A stretch of 63,876 nt of DNA, filler included, from Octopus bimaculoides (taxonomy: Eukaryota): the NCBI RefSeq assembly GCF_001194135.2. It is 6 parts of 5 records of this genome, joined end to end, with 100 filler letters (N's around TTAATTAATTAA, not from the genome) between each part and the next. Parts side by side here need not be neighbours in the genome. Positions count along the whole stretch, not along the records: positions 41,035 to 57,996 come from NC_068985.1; positions 58,097 to 62,077 come from NW_026315298.1; positions 62,178 to 63,876 come from NC_068985.1; 3 more parts are not named here. The stretch is one strand, 5' to 3'. Under the pieces are notes generated by a model, which was not told the DNA's origin, searched no databases, and worked only from the letters and a program-made list of their open reading frames with translations. Made by a program: the position numbers and the translations under genes. This document shows positions 54,443 through 63,876 of the stretch, one piece after another (within the stretch, counting starts at the first letter, position 1; each line of letters starts with the position of its first letter).

Positions 54443-54685
54443 CAATTAAACCTAGGGAGAGGCATTATGCCGGTAATAAACACACGCACTGGTTCAGTCC
54501 TTAATTTATTTATAAACAGTATTTAATATATAAATGGAAGTGGAGAGACAAGGTACTGAAGAGATTGCAAGAGTGCAACGAAATGATTTAGCAAAAAGAA
54601 AAAAGCGAAATACTGTTTATAAATAAATAAAGGACTGAACTTGTGCGTGTGTTTATTACCGGCATAATGCCTCTCTCAAGGTTTA

Positions 54686-54689
<4 letters not shown>
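54443..54689. mobile_element. Tc1/pogo-type MITE with 82-bp TIRs
   Basis: Arms 54443-54524 and 54608-54689 are near-perfect reverse complements, with TA on both sides. Confidence 0.8.
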
Positions 54690-54726
<37 letters not shown>

Positions 54727-54929
54727 TTATATATACATATAGCGGCGTACGTACACCTTTTGCTCAGCTTGTAAGTATGTATCTAATTTCTGTAGAACTT
54801 ACTTCTTTCTTTCATTTTCCTTTTCTTTTTCTCGCTGCCCCACCCTCACATTTCTTGGCATTCTTTTTTAATCTCTCTACTTTCCTCTGTTACCTCCCCT
54901 GTACCTTTCCCTATGTCCCTTCTCTCACT

Positions 54930-55000
<71 letters not shown>

Positions 55001-56338
55001 GTTCCTTCCCTAATTCTTCAATTCTTCTACCTCCTACTTCTCTCTGTTCCTCCCATGTGATCGGTGTTCGGCTAAGCATGATCTTGATCACCACCAGCAT
55101 AACACCTTATTTTTCTGTCTCCTGACTTTCATCTACGTTTGTCCACTTTATACGCCAGCTCAATTTAACTTGTCCTTATTAGTCGAAACACACCTGTTGT
55201 TGTTCTTGTTGCTCGTATTTGTAATCGTGTAACATTTTCTCCGATTTTTCGTTTTTTTTTTTTTTTGTCTGTGTTGTTGCACATATTCGCTTGCTTTCTT
55301 CCAAAAATTTAATTCTCTAAGCTTAGATTTTTGGGGCCTATCAATTTTGAACAGTCTCATATGTAACAGGCCGAAACCGTAATGATAATTGGAAGCTTGA
55401 CTGATGAAGGAAAGCCACGAATGCTCCGTTCTGGTTTTTCCTGTCCGTCTTTGTATCGTCTGTCTGTCTGTCTGCATGATTTTATTATCGTCCGTTACTG
55501 AATTTTGGATATATATATATAATATATATATATATGTATGTGTGTGTATGTATGTATATTATGTATATATGTGTGTGTGCGCGCAAGTGTGTGTGTCTGT
55601 GTGTATGTATAGGAATGTGTTTGTTAGAATGTATTTATATGTAAGATAAATAATTTCTTTTTACACTTTGTCTGGTTATATTTCCGTGTTAGTATTGTTG
55701 TAATTTAATAATTTAGTGTCAAAGTTCTTACGACCAACTGATAGTGCAAATAACTTTCTCAAGATCTGAAGATGTCGTCTAAAAAAAGGAACGAATCACA
55801 TTACAAACTCACTGAATCTTTCTTTCACTGTATTTCCTGTCATCACACTAAACAACAGTTTGTATTGTTTGCCTGATTTATAGGAAGCAAGGTCAAGTGT
55901 TGGAATTTCTCTCTCTGACGTACGTACTACTTAAGTTGTCAAGTGACCTTTATTGAAGGTCACCAACGCACATTTATTCCTTCTTTGATCAATTTAATAT
56001 GTTTTATTTACGCAAATCTTCAAAGCAGTGATAAAGATAAGCAGGTTTTCGTGAACAGATGAGTCAAATATATAACGGACATTTTCAAATAGAATGGCCG
56101 TCATGCAATATGTTTATCGAAATCTATGGTTCTCAAACATGTTTTGCTTGTGGACCTCTTTCATTATTATTTTATTCTAGTCATTCAATATTTAAAAACT
56201 AGTTTATAGAAACGTATTTGAAAATACCTGTTTTGTTCTTCACACATTTACTTGTGTAGGCTGAACTGCGTTAATTATTTGAGAAAGAATCCTAGCTGTG
56301 TTTTGCAATAAGGATGGAGACTAGAAAAGGATAAGAGA

Positions 56339-56546
56339 TACATACATACATACATACATACATACATACATACATACATACATACATGCATGCATGCATG
56401 CATGCATACATACATACATGCATGCATGCATGCATAAATACATACATACATACATACATACATACATGCATACATACATGCATACATGCATACATACATA
56501 CATACATACATACATACATACATACATACATACATACATACATACA
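56339..56546. repeat. (CATA)n/(CATG)n tetranucleotide array
   Basis: Seen directly. Comparable (TA)n, (CA)n, (GA)n, (CATA)n, (GATA)n and trinucleotide tracts occur throughout the window. Confidence 0.95.
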
Positions 56547-57537
56547 GAGGCTTAACATCTATCCAAAATGCCTTTGAATGTCGTATCATATCCTTTCGGC
56601 AACATCTTTTAACCACTAAATGTCGAAGTGCATCCCTTGGCCAAGTTTGCATACATAAGACTTAGAAGACAGCCTCTTGAGCAACACCCTGTGCCTGATA
56701 ATCTAGAATATATTCCCAAAGAAGTCGTACGATTCTACCGCAACATGTCATCAGATGAGCAGAAGACTATGCATGAATATGTTAGTGGAAAGCTCCGGAC
56801 GAATAACCGGATTACTACCTTCCACTTTAAAGAGTGTGCGTTTGCAATCCAGGAACAGGAAATATCAACCAAGTACCTGATGCACAAAAGGGATAGAGAT
56901 GCAGGAAAAGCCGTAAAATGTGACAACCGATGCAGACTTTGTGGAGTTCACACTGAAGATTTCACCCACATCATTAGCAGTTGTCCGAAAATGTCATCAC
57001 GGTATTATCTACCGATGAGACATAACGTTGTAGCTTGGACACTCTATAATGAAATCTGTCGGAAGGATAATCCCGATGACAAAGAAATAAAAACCCACAA
57101 TATGGTAGAAACCATAGCCAGTCATAATAAAAAGGAATACTGGTGGAATATACCAGTGAGAACCTCAAAAAAATGTAAGCACAACAGACCTGATATAATG
57201 ATTTGGGATAGAGAAGAGAAGTTGTGCACAGTTGTGGAAATTAGCTGCCCAGTGGATGTTAACATAAAGCTGAAGATCAACGAAAAAGAGAATACCTACG
57301 TTGAACTTTTGAGAAATCTACAGTTACTCTATCCAGATTACAAGTTCAGGTCTATACCTGTAATTATTGGGGCCCTGGGATATGTAACACACTGCCTAAA
57401 TACCAATCTTGAGGAATTAGGCTTCTCAAAACCAGAACGGAGAAAGCTAATTCGAAAACTACAGATCCAATCCATCACTGTAACTGTAAAATCTGTAAAA
57501 TTTACCAGAAGTTTATCTTTTAAATATATATGAGCAT
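56547..57537 (+). mobile_element. 5'-truncated RLE retrotransposon (CCHC knuckle plus PD-(D/E)xK-type endonuclease)
   Basis: ORF 56628-57533: CRLCGVHTEDFTHIISSC, RHN, NRPDIMIWDREEKLCTVVEISCP, IPVIIGALG. Confidence 0.9.
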
Positions 57538-57720
57538 AGTTCTATATTTAAGAGATAAGGAATTATGTACATTATTTGCATTATTTTCATTCGACGGATA
57601 TTTGTCATCATCTTGTTTGTTAACACAACGTTTCGGCTGATATACTCTCCAGCCTTCTTTAGGTGTCTTGGGGAAATTTCGAACCTGGGTTCTCACTCCT
57701 AAGGTATTTTTCAATGTTAC
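57538..57720 (-). mobile_element. Third copy of the hammerhead-bearing unit; core mutated (CTAAAGA)
   Basis: Colinear with 53800-53991; hammerhead region 57622-57667. Confidence 0.65.
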
Positions 57721-57775
<55 letters not shown>

Positions 57776-57996
57776 GAGTAGTTTTATTTTTATAGCGTGC
57801 TTTAACTTCACTACCGAGCGCAGCTCTGTGTGCCTTGGGTATGTGCTGTGGTTTGCTGCGATGCTCTTATGGTTACGGTATTGAAAGTGTTTTGCGTAGG
57901 ATGTGTGCAGTACCCAGTAGTGCAATTTTCTGTATGTTATATATACTTGTAAGTCCTGGTGTTTTTGTTATGTATTTGTTTGAATATTTTTTTATT
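57776..57996 (-). mobile_element. 3' end of a Dong/R4-like LINE with an (AAT)n tail
   Basis: Minus strand ends ...IYNIQKIALLGTAHILRKTLSIP*, then a ~100-nt UTR and (AAT)n at 57721-57775. Confidence 0.8.
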
Positions 57997-58096
57997 NNNN
58001 NNNNNNNNNNNNNNNNNNNNNNNNNNNNNNNNNNNNNNNNTTAATTAATTAANNNNNNNNNNNNNNNNNNNNNNNNNNNNNNNNNNNNNNNNNNNN

Positions 58097-58425
58097 AAGG
58101 AGATATGTATCCCAAAGTAAGGACACCTTGCTAATGTCAGTTTGGAATGATGGAGTGTTGAAAGCAGAGAAAAAAGGGAAAAAGTAGAAAGAGGGCATGG
58201 AGGGGTTACACAATCAATTCCATGTAGCCACAACAGAAGTTGCCGGAAAACATAGGTGGGACTGGCTGAAGAAAGGAACCTTGGAAAAAGAGACCGAGAG
58301 CACCATACTGGCAGTGCAAGACCACACTTTGGCCACGAATTGGGGGGCTAACCTTAGGAATGAGCAAGTGTCTCTACTGTGCTGCCTCTGTAATAGAGTG
58401 ACTGAAACTATTGTCGAGAACATAA
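58097..58425 (+). mobile_element. R4-like LINE fragment (pre-knuckle region)
   Basis: LHNQF..RWDWLKKGTLEKETESTILAVQDHTLATN..LCCLCNRVTETI. Confidence 0.7.
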
Positions 58426-59779
58426 AACAGTTGGAATATTTGTATTGGATGGCTGGTTTGAATGGTTAAATGTTAAAATTTAGTTGTGTTGAGGTTATTG
58501 TTCAAGATACTAATACAGTTGAAACTGAATGGAAAACACAGGTGAGGGAAAGATAGTTCTTAATCATCCACACCCAACCACAATGATTGCACAAATAAAT
58601 AATAAAGAGAACTTACTTATTAACTGAGGGAATATTATGACTAAAATACTCCAATATGGAAGAAGCAGCATGGTAGGAGATGGAAGGAAACTGGTTAGTC
58701 TTCAGAAATAATGATTTTTTTCCTTTTTCTTTTTTTCAAATCTTTTGCAAGGCAAATAAGAATTTCTATATCAAATGTTCTGAGAGACGAATTTCATTTA
58801 ATTTCTCTGTGTTCTTCTGTTCAACTGTTTTATATACTGGAAAGGAACAAAATATAAAGGAAACATAAACAGGATATTGTCTCTTGCCACTTTATATTTT
58901 CAGCCAATGAATACTTCAGGTTTTATAATTCTTGCTACTTCAAATTCTTGTGATTATGGGAGAAGGAGGTGGGGCAAGGTTGATAAAATGGAAAGTTCTG
59001 TTTTTGTTTTTAAAGCTTGGACAATATTATTGTATGAAAACTATTCCAATATATTAACTGGCCCTCAAGCAAAGGGATTCTGTGGTAGGCTCCCTGCTAA
59101 GTTATAAGGATAAGCTGAAACAATCACTAAAACAAAATATTTTGGGAAAGTTATATTCTGGATCAATCTGAGTGGCTTAAAATGTATCATAAAACATGAA
59201 ATCAATTTGAAAATAATTAATATTATGAAAAAAAAAATTTTTTTAAATAGACAACTATAAACAATGAAAATTAATGCTGTAGCTTTCTTGAATAAATACC
59301 ACAAATGTTTGACACCCAATTTATTTGACTATATAAGCAATTTCAGATAGAAAACCAGCAAATTCTGTGGTCTACCCAAGATTCACAAAAATAAAAGCCA
59401 TAAGTACAGCTTGTAAAATCAACTGTAAATCTGAGCCCATTGAAAGACTGCCTCCAGATGATTTGAAACTGAGATTGATTATTGCAGGCCTTTGCATGGA
59501 AAGCATACAAGACAAGCAATTTTCTGGACATCTTACGAAAACCTTTCTTGAAACACAATCAAAGTTTTATTTGAGATGATTTAGATTTAATTAATCACCC
59601 ACCAAACACAATCACTCAAAATACAATTATTCTTTCTTTTGATCATTTAATTGTTGCAGTCTTTAGACTGTGGCCATGCTGGGGCATACACAAATATTCC
59701 CCATGAGTATGAAAGTCTTGAGATAAGGAAATTATCATCATCATCATGATCATGATGATGATGATCATCATCATCATCA

Positions 59780-60130
59780 TCATCATCATCGTTTAACGTC
59801 CGCTTTCCATGCTAGCATGGGTTGGACGATTTGACTGAGGACTGGTGAAACCGGATGGCAACACCAGGCTCCATTAAATGATCATCATCATTTAATGTCC
59901 GCTTTCCATGCTGGCATGGGTTGGACAGTTTGACTGAGGGCTGACGAGCCAGAAGGCTGCACCAGGCTCCAATCTAATCTGGCAAAGTTTCTACAGCTGG
60001 ATGCCCTTCCTAACACCAACCATTCCACGAGGGCCAGTCAGGTGGTACTGGCAACAATCACACTCAAACGGTGCTTTTTATGTGCCACTGGCACAGGAGC
60101 CAATCATACAGCACCGGCAACGACCATACT
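59780..60130 (-). mobile_element. LINE/SINE 3' end with (GAT)n tail, terminal ~85 bp duplicated
   Basis: tttaacgtccgctttccatgctagcatgggttggac occurs at about 59790 and again at about 59890, each after (CAT)n. Confidence 0.6.
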
Positions 60131-61124
60131 CAAATGGTGCTTTTTATACAAGACAATAATGTACCTATTTTGTTTGATAATTTCCCCTCCTCTCCAAAAT
60201 GAAGAAAATACAAGGAAATCAACTTATCATTAAAAGCTAAAAACAACCAAAGACTTTGGAAGAATATTCCAGCTTTGGCAAAGGTTTTCAAATGATTATC
60301 CAGCCCCATGGTTATAAAATATGGTAAACCAAACTGCGGCACCTGTCTGTACTCAACTGAAGGCTTGGAATTCCAATTTAAAGGATGCACAAGTTTTCAA
60401 AATAAAAGAAAATTTCTCTTGCAATTCCTAAAATTTAATTTATGCCATAACATGCTGTGGATGCTTGAAAAATTCCATCAGAGAGATGAGATTATAATTT
60501 TGGAGAAGACTGATTATCCAAAAGTAAAGAAGAAACAACGAATAAATACAGGAAAATTGCGTTAAGTGGACATGTAGCCACATGTGCCAGAATGGAACTG
60601 CCAAACTTCAAAATTTCAAAATTTCACAGATAATTGAACTCTATTACAGAAGAACAAATAAAGAAAACCAATTTATTATGAAATATAAATCCTGCTTGAA
60701 CGGTTGACAAAGAATTTGTTTGGCTTATATACTTTGATGGATATTCTTGCATGGATGCACACACACACACGTCCATGTAGTGTTTGGATATATACAATAT
60801 ATCAGTAACCTATGTGTGTGTGAGTACATGTATGTGTGTTTTTGTATTACATAAGTATGTGTGTTCATGTTTCTTATAAGGACTATTCAATTGTTTTNNN
60901 NNNNNNNNNNNNNNNNNNNNNNNNNNNNNNNNNNNNNNNNNNNNNNNNNNNNNNNNNNNNNNNNNNNNNNNNNNNNNNNNNNNNNNNNNNNNNNNNNNNN
61001 NNNNNNNNNNNNNNNNNNNNNNNNNNNNNNNNNNNNNNNNNNNNNNNNNNNNNNNNNNATCTTATATATAAAAAGCATGTAATTTTTTGTTTATTCTATG
61101 GAAAGTATACATACATACTTACAA

Positions 61125-61206
61125 CAATATGATGCTGAAATTCCAATGAAAGCACCTTGAATCGAGGTTAAAAACAGTTCTTTCTCTATTGGCCGGATAT
61201 CTTAAA
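61125..61206 (+). mobile_element. Probable isolated 3' UTR end of the same RLE group
   Basis: atgaaagcaccttgaatcgaggttaaaaacagttctttctc aligns loosely to 40350-40385 (atggagctttgtatctttgttagaaactagttcctttc) and is followed by gcatgcatgcagacatgc. Confidence 0.4.
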
Positions 61207-61358
61207 TGCATGCATGCAGACATGCATTTTGTCGTGTCTAGAGTGAGTCATTAAGCCTGTGTTATCAGCACACGCCTTGGTTCAATTCCCTTCCTCTATT
61301 TTTAGTCAATTGGTTAAATATCCAACTAACAAAACAATTATTTGTTTAACTTGGTTAA

Positions 61359-61579
61359 CCCCTTGCAGACAGGAAGCAGTACTGACCACATCAAAACACT
61401 GGGTGTGTGAGCAGTGTGATGTCTCACTCTGTACGGCACCATGTTTTCAAATGTACCACACTAAGAAGAGTCTGTAAACACACTGTCAAATTGCTTGTAT
61501 GTATAATTATATAGTTACTGAACAGCCTAATACCTGGTACACAGCCCAGACTGTCAGCACTAAATCTGTCTGTTAGGGA
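61359..61579 (+). mobile_element. Non-autonomous piggyBac derivative carrying the transposase C-terminal Cys-rich motif
   Basis: TTAA at 61355-58 and 61580-83; imperfect TIRs CCCCTTGCAGACAGG and (reverse complement) TCCCTAACAGACAGA; frame HWVCEQCDVSLCTAPCFQMYHTKKSL* with stop at 61475-77. Confidence 0.75.
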
Positions 61580-61840
61580 TTAAACAGTAAATCGTTTGTT
61601 TTATTGTTGTTTGGTTGTTTTTGTCAAAGCTGTTTTGTTGCTATTTGCAATCTTTCCAGTGACTTTGCAGTGTCCTAGTCTGCTATGGAGGCTGCATTTG
61701 TCTGTCTGAGACCTTGTTGTGTGCATGTATGTGCATGCCAGTGTGTGTGTGGGTGTGTGTATGTGTGTAGGCTCTCTCACTCAATAACAATAACAATAAT
61801 AATAATAATATTAGTGATAATAATGATAATTATAATAATA

Positions 61841-62077
61841 ATAATAAGTAGCAAACAAACTGATGTCGACCAGAAACACACACATCAATGGTTACGAAGC
61901 TCAGGGCTAAAAGCTGAGAGTGAAGGTTTCATATTGGCTGCTCCAGACCAAAGCTTTTTAACCTGGAACTACCAAGCCAACATGATAAAAAAAATGGAGC
62001 TGACCCAAAATGCCGATTCTGTAACGGTGAGATTGAAACTATAGACCACCTAATCTCAGGGTGTAGAGTCTTAGCAC
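61841..62077 (+). mobile_element. Dong/R4-like LINE fragment, 5' end abutting (AAT)n
   Basis: WLRSSGLKAESEGFILAAPDQ..NYQ and, in a shifted frame, KCRFCNGEIETIDHLISGCRVLA. Confidence 0.85.
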
Positions 62078-62177
62078 NNNNNNNNNNNNNNNNNNNNNNN
62101 NNNNNNNNNNNNNNNNNNNNNTTAATTAATTAANNNNNNNNNNNNNNNNNNNNNNNNNNNNNNNNNNNNNNNNNNNN

Positions 62178-62520
62178 CAATATCTAACTCAAAGACATCA
62201 TCCGAATGATCCCCAACAGGATTCAACCGCTAATTGATAGCCATCTAAGACCAAATCAAAGTGGATTTAGACCAAGGAGATCCACAACGTCTCAGATCTT
62301 AGATCTGTAGTGTATCATAAGATTGAAAATCAAGACAGCTACTTACCATTATAATTTTCGTGAACTTCAGCAAATCATTTGAAAGCATCCATCGTTACAA
62401 AATGTTGAAGATCCTTCGAGCATAACGTATTCCCGAAAAACTAGTCCCTGCCATTGCAAAAGTCTACGAGAAGACCAATGTTCGTGTGTTGTCATCTAAT
62501 AGAGAAACAATTCTTTCGGA
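62178..62520 (+). mobile_element. Degenerate RTE/L1-type reverse-transcriptase fragment
   Basis: RIQPLIDSHLRPNQSGFRPRRSTTSQI..FVNFSKSFESIHRYKMLKILRAY.IPEKLV across frameshifts. Confidence 0.75.
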
Positions 62521-63876
62521 ATAGCTGTCCCATATATGCTGAAATTTCCCCGTTTTTTGTCAGGATTTTCCATTTCTCCATGCATTTCAAAACAATGAAG
62601 GGAATCTTTTTTAAAACAAAAGTTTTGAAAATTCATGTCTTTAAATGTTTGTCTTCCACCCCACCCCACAAACGTACACACACACATCGTGCCTTTTGGA
62701 ACAGCAACAACCACTAAAATGACATACTTTTCTTCTTCGTAATTTTCTCTCATTTTATCTTACTCCGCATTCTGAAACATTTGTAACTCGCAAAAAAAAA
62801 ACAAAGCATTTTCTCTTCCCTTCCCTCCTTCATTGTGCTTTGTTACAATAAAAGAAACGTCAAACAATGAAAGTGAATATGTGAGAAAAATATTTGAATT
62901 CCGAAAATTATATCTATGAAGCGATGTTTTCACTCATTTATTTAAAGTTTCTCTGCTAACTTATCAAATACAATTACACGCAATAGATGGGTTTTGAAAT
63001 TTAAAGTTGCTAACTTTCCAAGATTTTAATTGTTGTGTATGAGGGGGCCCACCGAATTTGAAGTGCCCCGGGCCCACATGGTTAACATTCGGCACTGGAT
63101 ATTTAACCAATTGACTAACCAGAAAAAAGGGATTTTGAACCATTGCATGTATCATTATTGGAGTGATGACTCTCACAAGACACAACCATACATAATTATT
63201 TACATTTTAACGCTCCATGTCTATTAACGAATACTGCGTTTTAGTAAGACTTTCAGGATAGACACACTTTAAGCACGTACACACCTGCTGAACATTTCCA
63301 CTTCACATATATTTCTTACCATATCTAAAAGCACTGGTTTTCTTGGTTAGATGATCACCAATAGCTTGCTTTTGTTATATGCTGCAGTCACTGAATTTAG
63401 AAAAAATGCTTTAAAGAATTTTTGGAATTCTGCCTGCATTTGAGTTGTTGCTCCTTAAAGAACACAATCAGCATTTCTTTGATGACCTCTTCAATATATT
63501 TTCCCACAGGTGGCTTCAGAGGGATAGAAATGCCTATAATAGCTTCTGTTCTAGTTTCCTGTTAATGGATAGGATATATCAAACCATCTTTGAAAAAAAG
63601 GAGCTGAATTGTTTCGGTTTAGAACCGTTGGATATATTTTACTTTTGCAGTTGAAACACGTCATTTCCCTGCGTTTGCTTCATTTTATTTCAGTCAGATA
63701 TTACATCTTCTATATTGATTGATTGATGTCACTTTGTTATGAAAAATTGCAGTTTTGATGAATGCTTCTGGTTTAGCTATTTGCACAGGAAATACGTGAT
63801 TAGTTCTGGAGCCTCATGTGTTTGTGTATGTGCACGAGTGTGTGTGTGTGAGAGAGAGAGTGAGAGAGAGAAAAAG

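Noticed and set aside
55367-55415. GAAAC..GTA ... CTGATGA-AGG, type II hammerhead-like order
   Set aside because: Stem I does not pair and stem II has only 2 bp.
55870-55955. LIYRKQGQVLEFLSL, resembling SLC7 LIYVAGREGHMLxVLS
   Set aside because: Wrong spacing and phase, no following TP motif, and it ends in a stop with no donor.
58720-60660. Several 70-86 aa ORFs in non-repetitive AT-rich DNA
   Set aside because: No family motif recognised and no consistent splice signals; would need blastx.
5110-62133. Five dispersed identical TTAATTAATTAA motifs
   Set aside because: Each is centred in an N run (44 N each side at 5066-5165); they are scaffolding filler, not a biological repeat or CRISPR-like array.
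1-63876. The many 60-475 aa ORFs in the supplied track ([24 protein letters not shown], poly-X)
   Set aside because: They are translations of microsatellites or N runs, not genes.

Overview
This is AT-rich eukaryotic DNA, dense in microsatellites and with roughly 5 kb of N gaps. The two tRNA-derived SINE families, the repeat content and the gap style point to an octopus (cephalopod) draft scaffold; this is inferred from repeat recognition, not a database search. I can support only one host coding exon: 100 bp at 10592-10691 (+), from an SLC7/LAT-family amino-acid transporter closest to b(0,+)AT/SLC7A9. The rest is probably intronic. It contains SINEs, Tc1/mariner relics, hAT-, pogo- and piggyBac-type MITEs, RTE and R4/Dong-type LINE fragments, a Penelope relic and simple repeats. 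Almost all ORFs in the supplied track are microsatellite or N-gap artefacts. I see no multi-gene novel system. The best leads are: (1) minimal hammerhead-ribozyme motifs, one with an intact core at 20659-20762 and two inside a 127-bp-arm palindrome at 53851-54118; (2) an RLE retrotransposon family whose visible intact junctions sit on (CATA)n, beside a Dong-like family that sits on (AAT)n; (3) a ~2.3-kb tract with reversed dinucleotide asymmetry, which is either RIP-like mutation, an odd element or an artefact; (4) a mini-piggyBac that keeps only the C-terminal Cys-rich finger. All counts and alignments were done by hand and are approximate.
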